64,000 bases of DNA from the IMG/VR virus record IMGVR_UViG_3300037247_000810, positions 39,460-103,459 of that record; one strand, written 5' to 3'. A program made the position numbers and the translations under genes. Below, one piece after another: positions 38,215-49,534 of the stretch; position 1 is the stretch's first letter; every line of letters starts with the position of its first letter. The stretch is from a virus. The notes under the pieces are model-generated. The model worked only from the letters and a program-made list of their open reading frames with translations. It made no database searches and was not told where the DNA came from.

Positions 38215-38601
38215 ATGAACGCAGAGAACATAGTCAGAGTCCACCTGAAGCAAGCCATCCTCGTCGGCTACGGCGAGGAGGAGGCCCGGTACGCGAAGGT
38301 GCTCATCGGCGAGGAGCAGGTCACGCCCACGAGAGCCCACCACAATGACATCTTCATCTTGGTAACAGTGATCGGGTACGTGCGTGGCTACCAGGGCCAC
38401 AACCTGGCCGAACCGACCAAGATGTTGCTCTCGACCAGCAATATCCTGTCCATCGAGTACGCGAAGATTGAGCCGACGCGCTACTTCTCCGGTAAGATCG
38501 ACAACGTTCGCATCTATCTGTGTGGACTGTATCGTGCTCACGCACCACACACTTACAGGGGCACGGGGCCAATGGTCGACTGCCCTGGTAAGGGATACTA
38601 A
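38215..38601 (+). CDS. hypothetical protein
   Basis: GAGGAGG RBS. Confidence 0.6.
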   Translation: MNAENIVRVHLKQAILVGYGEEEARYAKVLIGEEQVTPTRAHHNDIFILVTVIGYVRGYQGHNLAEPTKMLLSTSNILSIEYAKIEPTRYFSGKIDNVRIYLCGLYRAHAPHTYRGTGPMVDCPGKGY

Positions 38602-40255
38602 TGGACTGGGGCCTGGCGCTCGTCGTCCTGGCAGTCATGTTCCTGGTGGGACACTTGGCGCTTGATGGCTACCGATTGCTTCGGCACGTGCGCCGTCTGC
38701 GCCACGTCAAGTACGAGAGCCTGGACAGGGAGCGGTGCGCGCGCTGCATCACCATCGCGGACGGGCTGGCGGACATGCGCCATGAGTCCATCTGGACGGC
38801 GGCCGCCGTCGTCGTCCTGAGCGTGCACATCACGCTGGACTTTGTAGGATAGGAGGAACACCATAAGCAACCCAGGCGGACGACCACTACAGGAGCAGCT
38901 AGACGAGGTGCATCGGGATATGCTCGGAGCCGCCCGCAGGCCGGACTCGGAGTGTGCCCACAGCGATGCGGATAATCACCTGACGCGCTTAGTCACATTG
39001 CTATCCGACGGCAGAAGCACTGAAGTCCAACGGTCAGCAAGGCTAGCACTGCGGGCCTACGGCCGCGTGACACGCTATTACGCATAGGAAGAGAGGAGTA
39101 GACCCCATCATGCCGCATCATGCAAGAAAGAGCAACTATGTGGACGGTCGAGGGCCAGCGCCGATGGTTCACGCACTGCGACCAGTGCTCCCACTGGCGG
39201 TTCGTCGGCTGGTACTACGAGGTCTATCCGCCGCTGCACAGCGACGGCGAGGCAGCGGGCTGGTGGTACGCCTGCGCCGACTGCCTAGTGAACACGCTCA
39301 GTGACCGACTAGACAAGGAGAATGAACCGGCCCACGCACCGTGGGGCGAGTACCGGGAGAACGGCCAGTGGGTGCACTATCGGCGCGGAATGCACGATGC
39401 CACCCAGCACGTTGAGGGTATATGGCCAGCCCACAAGTGCGAGCTATGCCGGTCAATGGCCGAAGCTAGCAAACGAGAGGAGCCAACGACGTGAGCAAGA
39501 GCCGACAATTCGACGTGTGCCTACGGGCCATCGAGGCAATGGGCTGCGGCGTCGTCCTGACTCAGAGCACGGTCAAAGTGCGCTTCCCGCCCGACCCAGA
39601 CGACCCGTTGGCCGCGCCGGACGGTGAGGAGCGGGAGTACCCCCGGCCATTCTTCACGCTCTTGATCACACGAGTTTTCATAGAGCTTGCGGAGGCGGCC
39701 ACCATTGACGATGAGGGCAACGCAAGCGAGTCCTTCCGCTGACCAATGATCAAGTGCGCAGTCTGCCGGGGACGGGTACGGCCCCCCACCCATCCTTGGA
39801 CGACGACCGCCCACGGCGGCGTCCACTTCTACCGGACAACCCCAGATGGGATGGCGCTCTATGAGAAGTGGCTGGCGAAGCTGGCGAAGAAGGTGCCATT
39901 CGTGCATGGGCATTGTGCGGAGACAGCGGCCTCCGGTACACTACCGGAGAAGTACATCATCGCGCTAGACCTGAACGCCAGACTGCGCCTACACCGAGAG
40001 GGGAGCGAACACTAATGCCGTTTCAACTATTCGAGCACGACGTGGCACTATTGCGTGAAGGCGATCAACTATTGTACGGGAACCGGCCCGACAATCTGGT
40101 GCCGGTCGTCGTAGTACTGGGGCCGGGCAGGCGGCTGAACAGCGTGTGCATCCGGTTCCTGGCAGACTACGACACGAACCGGCCGCTCGGTGGCAACTCA
40201 TTTTACAAGGCCGGGGCGGAGAATGACGCCCACGTCGGCGACCTATGGGTGGCCG

Positions 40256-40588
40256 CTAGCCCTCCGTCGTGCTCGCTAGCGGCACGAGCGTAGCGATCTC
40301 CGTGCCCAGGAGTGCGAGTGCGTCGCGTGCAAGGACGGGCAACCCTAATTCTTTCCAAGCTAGGTACGCGGCGCTGGTGAACAGCGGGAAGTCGTCGACC
40401 AAGAAGCTCTGGATGGGACGGCCGTCGACATCGAAGAACAGGATATGATAGCCGAGCGGGCCGCCCCTCGCGTTCTGGCGTTCCAGGATCGTCACGTAGC
40501 CACGGATGGTGCGAATGCCCACCGGCTCGCTGGCGGCGACTACGCCCCACCTATACTCCAAGGTCTTTGACTGCAAAGCCTCATTCAT
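40256..40588 (-). CDS. hypothetical protein
   Basis: AGGAGG RBS; last gene of the leftward block. Confidence 0.55.
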   Translation of the reverse strand: MNEALQSKTLEYRWGVVAASEPVGIRTIRGYVTILERQNARGGPLGYHILFFDVDGRPIQSFLVDDFPLFTSAAYLAWKELGLPVLARDALALLGTEIATLVPLASTTEG

Positions 40589-41081
40589 CGGAAGTCCTCC
40601 TGAAAGGCCGGTAAACCCGCCAATAGGCCGCAATCCAAGCGCGCCAATCGGCCAGCCAACGGCCGATGCGAACGCCTTGGTGAGCCAACCAGCGTTTGGT
40701 TCGCGGGAAACGAGGGAAGGGCGGCCCCGCGCCAACCGCCACGGCCTCGAAGACAGCGAAAGCGATAGCCGCCTGCGCCGTCTCCCTATCGATCTCCGAC
40801 GGCACCTCCACAACCGGAGCAAGGCCCAGGTCTCGGCGCAAGGCGTTTACCGCGTCGACGGCGACGTGCCGGAGCAGGAAGTCCTTGTAGCCCATGCCGG
40901 TGTTGCGCCGGGTGATCCGGTTGGAGGTCGGGTAGTACCAGTAGCGCTGGTCGCAGGAGACGTTGTTGCAGACCGCCTCCGTGCGGCCGCCGTGCAGCGT
41001 ACCATCCAGCCCGACGGACGGGCCGTGCGACAGGAAGATAGAGTCCTGGATTCCGCACGAGGGGCAGACTTCGAGGGTCAT
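40581..41081 (-). CDS. Zn-ribbon hypothetical protein
   Basis: CPSCG and CNNVSC. Confidence 0.6.
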   Translation of the reverse strand: MTLEVCPSCGIQDSIFLSHGPSVGLDGTLHGGRTEAVCNNVSCDQRYWYYPTSNRITRRNTGMGYKDFLLRHVAVDAVNALRRDLGLAPVVEVPSEIDRETAQAAIAFAVFEAVAVGAGPPFPRFPRTKRWLAHQGVRIGRWLADWRAWIAAYWRVYRPFRRTSDE

Positions 41082-41302
41082 GGCAGCAACCTTTCAGGAA
41101 TAAACTTTTCGGAAGTTTCGAGACGCTTCATCATGACGCACGTCGGAGCCTTAGTCGGCACCTCCAGCCGACGGGCCTCACTGCCGCAAGTGGGGCAGCG
41201 GACGCAGGCGGAATCGCGCTCCGCCATCAGGAGCCGCTTCTCGAACGGCTCGCCGTCACGAGAGCACTGACTGCTTTGGCAGCGGAAGTCGTAGGTGGCC
41301 AA
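41078..41302 (-). CDS. FmdB-family zinc ribbon protein
   Basis: MATYDFRC..C..FE..CPTCGS. Confidence 0.75.
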   Translation of the reverse strand: MATYDFRCQSSQCSRDGEPFEKRLLMAERDSACVRCPTCGSEARRLEVPTKAPTCVMMKRLETSEKFIPERLLP

Positions 41303-41305
41303 TGG

Positions 41306-41824
41306 CTACCTCTTCGCCACTCGGATCGACGGGAAGGGCGGGTAGATTAGGGGCTCCATCAGAATCCTATGCAGATCGGAATAATAATCCGCCCCCGACC
41401 GGATCAGAGGAATGGTGCCCCTGACTGTGCCCTCGTTATTCGGCACCGCATCGCACGGGCAGGAGTCCACGTGCTTGCCGCAACCGTCACAGCGGTCGCT
41501 GATTGTTGGCGACGTAGTACGGCCGCACGAGCGGCAGTAGTGCGGCGGCATCTCGATGTCGTTGTCAGGATGATCGTCGTTAGGGATGGTCAGGCCGAAA
41601 TCAATCCAGAGCAGACCGAAGCCAAACTTGAACTCCGGCCCCCAGGACATATCCCGCTCATCGTCCAAGTCGGCCTTGTGCGGCAGAATGAACTCGAAAC
41701 TGAAGTCGAAGTTGAGGCCGATGTGCGGATGCCAGGAGCTCCAAAGATTGACGGCCCGCAACCTCCGACAAGTGAAGTAGCGGTCGTCGAACAGGACGTG
41801 CCAGACCCACTTGAGTACGTTCAT
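41306..41824 (-). CDS. hypothetical protein
   Basis: GAGGAGG RBS; CRSC/CDGC. Confidence 0.6.
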   Translation of the reverse strand: MNVLKWVWHVLFDDRYFTCRRLRAVNLWSSWHPHIGLNFDFSFEFILPHKADLDDERDMSWGPEFKFGFGLLWIDFGLTIPNDDHPDNDIEMPPHYCRSCGRTTSPTISDRCDGCGKHVDSCPCDAVPNNEGTVRGTIPLIRSGADYYSDLHRILMEPLIYPPFPSIRVAKR

Positions 41825-41825
41825 A

Positions 41826-42146
41826 TTACCTCCTCAGTAATTGTTCCCGCTTCGGCGCAGGCGGGAACCCGGCCAATTCTCGTGCCTCCGCCCAAACGAG
41901 AGTGGCGCGGGCGACTCCACGATAATTGACCTTTCCGTACTTTTCAGGAAATGCCAGCTTGTTAATTTCACCAGTCAAGCGGCCAATCTCTTGGTACGCC
42001 GCGTCAAGGGCCAACTGCGCCCCAATCTTGTCGACTAGGGCCTTGCTCAGCGCCTCGGCTAGCTTTAGCTCATCGGGTGTCAGGACGCGGCCCTTGGGCG
42101 CGCTGGGCTTAGTCTTCGTTTTCGTACTTCGGGCCATTTTGATCAT
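41826..42146 (-). CDS. hypothetical protein
   Basis: tiles with neighbours. Confidence 0.6.
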   Translation of the reverse strand: MIKMARSTKTKTKPSAPKGRVLTPDELKLAEALSKALVDKIGAQLALDAAYQEIGRLTGEINKLAFPEKYGKVNYRGVARATLVWAEARELAGFPPAPKREQLLRR

Positions 42147-44084
42147 CCCCCATTTCCCGGAGCGAGTGTTCCGCCGCCCGCATCAGCAGACGACCCCTCG
42201 CACTCTCCGGTGTCTTGCAGTCTCGCAGATAAACCAGTGCCCGGTCGAATGGAACACCAGTCACTACCGCCAAGAGCGCGTAATCCAGGACACGGGCGGC
42301 GGAGTACCGTGTGCGCTTCGCTAACTCCCTGGCAACCATCCGCGCCTCATTGACGAGACGGTCGGCCATTGCGCGCAGCGCGGCGTCTGTTACCCTGACG
42401 CTTGCTGACGGCATCCTTATAGACCCTCCCCAGAGCCCGGCCGCTCATCGGCATCCGACGGCGCTTCCTGCGTTCGCGTTGCTCCCAGCGTTTCTCGTTC
42501 CTTTTCCACACGCCGATTACGCCACCAAGCCCGGAACCCGAACCAGGAACCGAGCAAGAAGATGGCACCGAGGGCGGTGTCCAACGTGTTGAGGAAGATC
42601 AAGATGTCGTACCACACGTCTATGACCCTCTTCATCGATAGCAGGAACGCAGAAACTCATGACTCTCCTATTGTAGCACCGGAGGTGGGCCGCTGTCTAG
42701 TCACCCGTTACCATCTCTCTCGTGAGAGTCAGGCCGCACGATAGGGAATTCACTCACCAGTACGCGCCTCATGCAGCTTGTCGGCGCGGAGGAGGACGAT
42801 ACGGGCTTCTGTTTCCGGGCAGATATGCTCTGGCGTATCGTTCCGCCCCTTGCGCCGCGAGAAGTCGCATGATTTGCACGTGAGTTCGCGGGTTCCCAAC
42901 GCCCGCAGCGCAGCCGCCAAGAGGGTATACACTTCCGAGACATTGCGTGCATCCTTCGCTGCGATCTTCAACACGGGCCTCTCAACCAACGCGGCAGCCA
43001 CATCTTGCCAGGTGCCAGCCTCTACTCCCAACCAAACTGTCACGTCATCCATCATTGCTCCTCCTCAGACGGCTTCTGATAGCACCCCTGCTCGGTACAT
43101 CGATCCGTGACCGGGTGCACATTCGTCACCAACCGCGACACGAGTTTGCGGCCGACAACCTCCCCCTGCTTCCTCTCGTCCACGAGTTTGCGCGCCAAGT
43201 CCTTATCGGCCGCATCAATCGCATACGTCCAGTAGAAAACTTCTTGCATCTCAACATGGAAAAGAGTTGGGGCGGTGGTAGGTTGCTCAGACATCGTACC
43301 CCCTTATACGCGCTTACCGTGCTCGACGATGAAACGCATAAGCGCCAAGTCTCCGGCGTGATCCGCAGTGATGTCCATAATCTGATCGGTCGTGAGCTTA
43401 CTATTATCGGGCGCTACCCAAGCGCGGCCGATGAAATCGTACTCCCAACTGTATTGGGCGAAGAGAGCCTTTTCCTGGTCGCTGTTCACCCCGACACCGC
43501 GCCCTCGTCATCCTCATCAGGTCGCTCCTCTAGGTGCGAGATGTTCGCCCGCAGCCAATCACTAAAGCACCGCAAGCAGAATCGCTCCTCCTTGCCCTCC
43601 ATCGTAGACACAATCGCGTCCTCAACGGGCTGCTTACCATGCACTGGGCACCAATCGCTATTAGACATTGACAAACTCCTCTTGGCCCGCTAAACTGGGA
43701 CTGCGGCGTAGGGTGGGCCAACTGGTTTTCCTCCCTCTCCCCAGACCCCCGACTGGTTGGCTCACCCCGTATTCCTCCCTCTCATGGGGAGGCTCCAGGC
43801 CCCAGTGGCGGCCCGCCGTTCTTCTTATCCTCCCCAATCGGCCAGAGCCGCCAGATCACGACAGCCACCACCAAACAGATGATGGCCACGAGCAGAGGGT
43901 CAACGCCGAGGAACATCGTTATCCTCTTGACGCCGCTCCATCCGCTCGCGCTTATGCCTGCGGGTCTTCATCTTTCGATTCGGGCCACGCCGATATTCCG
44001 GTGGCACCTCGTCGATCCAGAGGATAGCATCCTCAATCACGAGCTTGTCCTCCCCCCGGCGTACCCTGACCTTAATGGGAACCT

Positions 44085-44807
44085 TCATCGACGCCTCCGT
44101 TTCTCCGGCGGCGGGGCCGCGTGCATGAAACAACAAGCGGGCTTGGTGCCGTCACAACAATCACCGAGCTTGTGCGCAATTCGGCCTACAGGTTTGAAGC
44201 TGCGGCGATGATGCGGCGAGAGTCCGTACTTTTCCATAGCAGCCAGGTGCTCCGCGCTACCATAAGCCTTGTTCGAATCCCAACTGTACTCTGGATACTC
44301 CTTGGCCAACTCAGTCATATGCTCGTCACGGGCGACTTTGGCAACGATGGATGCAGCGGAGATAGAAGGGATGATGCTGTCGCCGTGGCGAATGAAACGG
44401 ACGGGCAGGTCGCCTAGCTCGATGTCGAAGGCGTCACCGTCAATGACTACCGCCGGAACAGGCACTGACATCTTGCTCTGCAACTCAGCAATAGCGCGCT
44501 CGATGGCCCTGGCGTGAGCGGTACGCACACCAAACTCATCAATCTCTGCGACCTCGCCGCGGCCCAGCCCCCACTTGCATTCCTCCCGGATTCGCTTGGC
44601 AAGGAAGGTGCGCTTGCGCGGCCCAATCGCCTTCGAGTCGCCTAGTTGGTCGACCTCCGGCCAATCGTAATTGTCGAGGATGACAGCCGCCGCGAAGATG
44701 GGGCCAGCGAAGCAGCCCAATCCAACCTCGTCGACCCCAGCGTAAGCCCCGAACTCATTCTCTAACTGGGAAGTTAGCCACAAGGAGACACCCCGCCGCT
44801 CACTCAT
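44085..44807 (-). CDS. rnhB: ribonuclease HII
   Basis: GVDEVGLGCFAGP, DSK, IDG, SISAASIVAKVARD, HRRSF. Confidence 0.92.
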   Translation of the reverse strand: MSERRGVSLWLTSQLENEFGAYAGVDEVGLGCFAGPIFAAAVILDNYDWPEVDQLGDSKAIGPRKRTFLAKRIREECKWGLGRGEVAEIDEFGVRTAHARAIERAIAELQSKMSVPVPAVVIDGDAFDIELGDLPVRFIRHGDSIIPSISAASIVAKVARDEHMTELAKEYPEYSWDSNKAYGSAEHLAAMEKYGLSPHHRRSFKPVGRIAHKLGDCCDGTKPACCFMHAAPPPEKRRRR

Positions 44808-45288
44808 GCGTTAGGCCCATAATCCTCTCTGCGCGATTCCAGACCTTGTGTGCCTCATACGAGGCAAACATTGCTAGCACTACCGCAGGTAGGAACTTCC
44901 AGCATCGGCGTTGTGCTAGCGCCCAAGTCGCCCACTCTTGTGACATCCCAAGCATCACAGTTGCGGCCAAGAAGCTGAATGCTCCACGAACGAGGTCTTC
45001 GTGCATAACGGGCCTCCGGCCCATTATACCGCACCAAGCTACTCCTCGCTTGCTGCCTCCCGTGTCACGGACGGGACACGACGGACGCGAACGTGCGCTT
45101 GTGTGGCGCGTCGACCCGAATAGGAGCCACGTACTCGTCCTTGGCGTAGGTGATCCCGCCCGCAAGATCGACCGCGATACGCACGTCCTCGGCTGCTTCG
45201 GCGAAGAAGTCATTGATGGTGCGTTCTAAGTCGTCGAGCGTCTTGGCTCGTAGCAGCTTGATCATGAATGCCATTGGGTTTCTACCTC

Positions 45289-46161
45289 CTAGTCCTCTGG
45301 TTCGGGCTCCGGCTGCTGGTAATCCACTGGGTCTACACCACCGGGGGCCTCCACGCGCGTCGTGTCCCATCCGTGACACGGGAGGCACAAGCAGCCCTCC
45401 CCGCACGTGCGGTCGTCGGCACCGTGTGGGCAATCAGGGTGATCAAACGTACATGGTTCGTCCGTGTCACCACCCTTACTGCGGAAGCAAGCCAGGCACA
45501 GGTCAACGGCATCCTCCGGCGGGAGCTTGAGAGGCACGGCGCAGCAGCGGCATACGCTAATGAGCCGGAGACTCATATCGATCAGGTCATCCCGATCCTC
45601 GGTCGGCTCGCCCTCAATCTCTTCGTCCTCGCCAGGGCAGCTATCCGGGCACTCGTCGGGGTGCTCGCTGCACGCATCCTTGATTGGCGTCGGCGCTGTT
45701 GCCATCTCCGCAATCTCTTCCAGCCGCGCACGGAGGACGTTCAGCACACCTTCGAGTTCGGCGACAGGTGCCTTTTCGTTCAGGTGTTCGAATAGCAACG
45801 CCCTGGCGCGATCCAACAACTGCAACGCCGTCGGCTGGGCATCGGGCGGGCCAGGGCAGCACCATTCATCGCACGGGAAGCACGACTCGTCACAGGTATC
45901 ACGTTCAGGATGAACGCAGCACGGCTCCTTTAGCTCCTCCGGCCGGGGGGTGCGGTGTGCGTACATGGGCTTGATGCGGCTGTTGAAGAATTTGCCCTTC
46001 GATTCACTCTCCATCAGCTTCTTGTACTCTTGTTCAAGCACCATCGGGTAATCGTAAGCGCGGCCCCCCTGGAAGATAATACGGAGCGTCTGGGTCTGTC
46101 GGTGATAACCAATGGCCTCGATGTTCGAGGACTCAACGGGTTCGGTGGGAATGTACGGCAT
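45289..46161 (-). CDS. KTSC-domain protein with Cys-rich extension
   Basis: VESSNIEAIGY..L.I.F..G..YDY..SKGKFFN. Confidence 0.8.
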   Translation of the reverse strand: MPYIPTEPVESSNIEAIGYHRQTQTLRIIFQGGRAYDYPMVLEQEYKKLMESESKGKFFNSRIKPMYAHRTPRPEELKEPCCVHPERDTCDESCFPCDEWCCPGPPDAQPTALQLLDRARALLFEHLNEKAPVAELEGVLNVLRARLEEIAEMATAPTPIKDACSEHPDECPDSCPGEDEEIEGEPTEDRDDLIDMSLRLISVCRCCAVPLKLPPEDAVDLCLACFRSKGGDTDEPCTFDHPDCPHGADDRTCGEGCLCLPCHGWDTTRVEAPGGVDPVDYQQPEPEPED

Positions 46162-46180
46162 CTCGTTTTTCCTCCTCCTG

Positions 46181-46558
46181 CTACTCCAATGGATGCTGCC
46201 GCGCCGCAGCAGTGGCCGTAACTCGGATTGAGCGACCGATCAGAATCACGGTAAGTGGCGTCAACAAAAGCGAAACGCCGAGCTTGATACGCGATCCCAA
46301 TGACCAGCCCGTAGTCTCGTAGGCCGTGAAGGCGATTTGTCTACCAGATGGATCGGCGATACCGGCCGCTTCTTGCGCCGCCAATAGGTGCTCTAGGAGA
46401 ACGACGCAAGACTGACCGTAACTCGGTTCTTCGCCCCCGGCCGTGTCGAGGAACGCCCGGATCGATTCCCACTCCAACTCGTACTCCTTCGGGTTGTCAA
46501 TGTAGTTCTGCATCCATTGATTGAACGCAGCAGCGGTTCCTTCGGGCAATTGGGCCAT
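46181..46558 (-). CDS. hypothetical membrane-anchored protein
   Basis: RBS; C-terminal hydrophobic stretch. Confidence 0.55.
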   Translation of the reverse strand: MAQLPEGTAAAFNQWMQNYIDNPKEYELEWESIRAFLDTAGGEEPSYGQSCVVLLEHLLAAQEAAGIADPSGRQIAFTAYETTGWSLGSRIKLGVSLLLTPLTVILIGRSIRVTATAAARQHPLE

Positions 46559-46561
46559 TGC

Positions 46562-46987
46562 TTATTCCTTCTCTTCTGGTGCTGAGAGGAGTTTCAGGTT
46601 CGATCCTCCCAACTCATCGTACAGAGTTCGCCCGCTAGGGGCAAGCATATAGGGCATGAACTCCTGCTCTAGATCGACGATGCCGAACTCGATGGCCTCG
46701 ATCTTCGCCTTCAAGTACCAGTAGAGGGCGCGGAGATTCTGGCGCTGCTGGCGCTCCGTATCGTACTCGATACGGAGCCGGAAGGCGAGCTTGCGGCTAT
46801 GCCACTGGATCATGGCACTCAGTTGCTCGAAACCAACCGCACCGCCGTTGAACTCTTTCCCATAGGGGAGGGCGCTGTCCCAGCGGAAGCCAATGGCCCC
46901 TACCTTCTTGAGCAGCGACTCGATCTGTTCCTTCGTGCGGCCCGCGCCGACCGACGTATTGGCGTAGCTCTTGAGCGACCCCGCCAT
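46562..46987 (-). CDS. conserved phage hypothetical protein
   Basis: YANTSV..EQIE..LKAKIEAIEFG..EFMPY. Confidence 0.7.
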   Translation of the reverse strand: MAGSLKSYANTSVGAGRTKEQIESLLKKVGAIGFRWDSALPYGKEFNGGAVGFEQLSAMIQWHSRKLAFRLRIEYDTERQQRQNLRALYWYLKAKIEAIEFGIVDLEQEFMPYMLAPSGRTLYDELGGSNLKLLSAPEEKE

Positions 46988-47462
46988 CAGTCGTCGTCCT
47001 CGTCATCATCATCGTCGTCCGGCGGCCGCCCGAACAGCAGATACCACACAGCCGCAATCAAAGTCTCCATCTTAGTCGCCTTCCTCATCCTCCAACAACT
47101 CACCGAACGATTCGGAGCAGAGGATTAGGTTGTCCACATCATCGGCAATCTGCGCCAATGCGAGATCGTGCGCCTTTGCGAAAGCCGCCTCCTCCGTATC
47201 CGCCTCGACCACATCCTCCCAATAGGTCTCTACTGTCGTCCGAATCAGATACTTCATTCGTCCTCCACCGGCGCGAAGTCGATGTTCACCCATGCGCCAC
47301 GGGCCGTGACCTGATCGCCACTGTCGTCCGAGATCGTGACTTCTAGGTAGCGGCGAGAGGTTGCCTGGATGCACAGAGTGCCATCATCGCCCTCGCAGAG
47401 TGTGAACAGCTTGCCCTCACACTGCACTTCCACCGTCTTATCATGCGCAAGAATTACCGGGA

Positions 47463-48302
47463 TCATCGTGGCTCCTTTCGGTAGATGTACAGGCTGAAAT
47501 GGTCAACCAGGGGAACGAACGCCTTGCCCCAACCGAACACTTGGCGGCGAACATTCAGCGGGCGCTGGATATAGTGTTGGACACCCTTGAGCCGAAGACC
47601 GCTGCGCTCCTCGATGTACGCCTGAGCCTCGGCACCAACCACGCGATACTTACCGCCTCGGTGCCGGTCGCCGAACCACCAAAGCGCGTAAGCACCGGGC
47701 TTGAGTAGCTGCTCAGAGTAGTGGGCGACCTGGCCGATGTACTGGTAGAAGTAGTTCCACTCCTTGAACGTACCGATGTCTGGCTTGTCCTTGCCACCAA
47801 GATTGACCATGTTGAACGGCACGGAGCCGCCCTTGTCCGCCGTGCGGCCGTGATCGATGCCCCAAGGCGGGTCACAGAACAGCAAGTCCTGGGTCTCTCC
47901 CATATCCCGTTCAAGGCAATGCTGAAGCCAGTCCACGGCGTCGGCCGTCTGCATCCCCCACCAGCCCTTACCCGCAGGGAAACCGTAATGCGCACCGACA
48001 TAGGCGGCCGTCTCGCGGTTCTCGGCATACAGGTCGCAGCCAGCAGCCAGCCGCCCGGCCAGAGCCGCGCCCACAAGAATGCCGCCCTCGCCCGCGAATG
48101 GGTCGAAGACTTGGGCCATAGGCTGGGTGAAGAAGCGGATGATGTCGGCCGCCAGAGGCGGCGGAGTGAGGACGCCCAGCTTCAGATGTTCCCGAAGCTC
48201 CGGCGGCACCTTCCATCCGTACTCCTGAATGGAATGTAGGCGTTTCACCCATTCCTGGGTGTCTAGATCATTCAGGATGTTGTTCTTAATCGGGTTCCCC
48301 AT
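47463..48302 (-). CDS. amino (N6A/N4C) DNA methyltransferase
   Basis: VFDPFAGEG SAM-binding motif; DPPW catalytic motif. Confidence 0.75.
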   Translation of the reverse strand: MGNPIKNNILNDLDTQEWVKRLHSIQEYGWKVPPELREHLKLGVLTPPPLAADIIRFFTQPMAQVFDPFAGEGGILVGAALAGRLAAGCDLYAENRETAAYVGAHYGFPAGKGWWGMQTADAVDWLQHCLERDMGETQDLLFCDPPWGIDHGRTADKGGSVPFNMVNLGGKDKPDIGTFKEWNYFYQYIGQVAHYSEQLLKPGAYALWWFGDRHRGGKYRVVGAEAQAYIEERSGLRLKGVQHYIQRPLNVRRQVFGWGKAFVPLVDHFSLYIYRKEPR

Positions 48303-48598
48303 CCGTCTAATCCTCCCCCAGCTTGACCCCAAGCTGTTCCTCTAGCCAGGCGGCGGCTGCGTTCGGCCCTTCATAGTGAATCCGGTACGCAAGGTCGACC
48401 GCAAATACCACGCGCCCGAATAACTCGGCAAGCAATCGGACTGTCGAGATACCATCGTAGCGCCTCAAGTCAATAGCGATGCTCCTAAAGCAGCATCGGC
48501 GCGCGATGCGCTGCGTCTTGGCATCCAATACACCGCTGGCGGCCCCACGATCAACGACCGCGATCCACTCCTGCCGCAGCGCACTGACATCGACCGGC

Positions 48599-49522
48599 TT
48601 ATTCGTGATGCGCATCAGGGTCAGTTGCGTGCGCGGCCACCGCACCCTGCCACCCGGCAGCAGACTCGTCAACGACAGGATCGTGCTCGTGGGCCTGCTC
48701 ATGAGCCAAGTCAAGAAGCTCCTCCAGATCGTGAACATCATCCTGAAGGCGTACCTTGATGTCCTTTACGATGCCCTGAAGGGCCTCGATATCCTTGCCC
48801 TGCGCCTCGACAACCTTCTTCAAGTCGGCGACCAAACCTCGTAGTACCTGATCCTCTGCCATGTCGTCCTCCTCTTGCTGAAATGCGCTCAGGTGAAAGA
48901 TGCTACAGTCAACGCTCTCGCCACAGAAGTCCGGCACGGTGCCGGTCGTCTGCCAGCCCACCAAATTTCGAGTGAGCCAGCCACCGATGTAACCCTCAAG
49001 AGCATCCCTTGGGAATACCACGTCGAAGCCCGGCCGGTAGTACCCATCGGGCCGCCGGAATCGCAGCAGATAGCGGGCCAGCCAAAGCTTCAGGTGGGAA
49101 TACCGAGTCGTGTTGCCCATGATCGCGGCCCATGAGCTAGGTGAGGCGTAGATGCGCGGCTCCCAGCCCGCCTGCCGGACACCATCGATGATACCATCAT
49201 CCACACCCGCCCCGGCTTCGACATCCAGGTACACGGCACCAGACATGAATCGCTTGTAGTTGGCGACACCGATCCAGTCAAGGGCCAAGGGCCAATCACG
49301 CGGCGGCCAGATGTAGGGATCAATGTTGATGATGCCCACCGCACGGAACGCGTCAACGGCCTGGTGGAAGTATTCGTTACGGCGGCCTGGCACGCCCCCA
49401 CCACCCCACGCCTGAAGAATGACACCCTTCACATTGTACTCCTCCGCCATGCGACGTGCGTTCTGGACTGGGACTGGCCCCGTCCACTCACTCAGGTCAA
49501 TAACTCGAATGGTATCGCTCAT
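48599..49522 (-). CDS. GH25 muramidase endolysin
   Basis: IDLSEW, YLDVE, IYAS, LWLARY, WQTT. Confidence 0.8.
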   Translation of the reverse strand: MSDTIRVIDLSEWTGPVPVQNARRMAEEYNVKGVILQAWGGGGVPGRRNEYFHQAVDAFRAVGIINIDPYIWPPRDWPLALDWIGVANYKRFMSGAVYLDVEAGAGVDDGIIDGVRQAGWEPRIYASPSSWAAIMGNTTRYSHLKLWLARYLLRFRRPDGYYRPGFDVVFPRDALEGYIGGWLTRNLVGWQTTGTVPDFCGESVDCSIFHLSAFQQEEDDMAEDQVLRGLVADLKKVVEAQGKDIEALQGIVKDIKVRLQDDVHDLEELLDLAHEQAHEHDPVVDESAAGWQGAVAAHATDPDAHHE

Positions 49523-49534
49523 AGTCCCTCTCCC

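Larger units (their letters stand above)
17820..40293 (+). other. early/host-takeover gene array (~60 small co-oriented genes)
   Basis: tightly tiled plus-strand ORFs with GGAGG RBSs; mostly hypothetical or Zn-finger proteins. Confidence 0.8.
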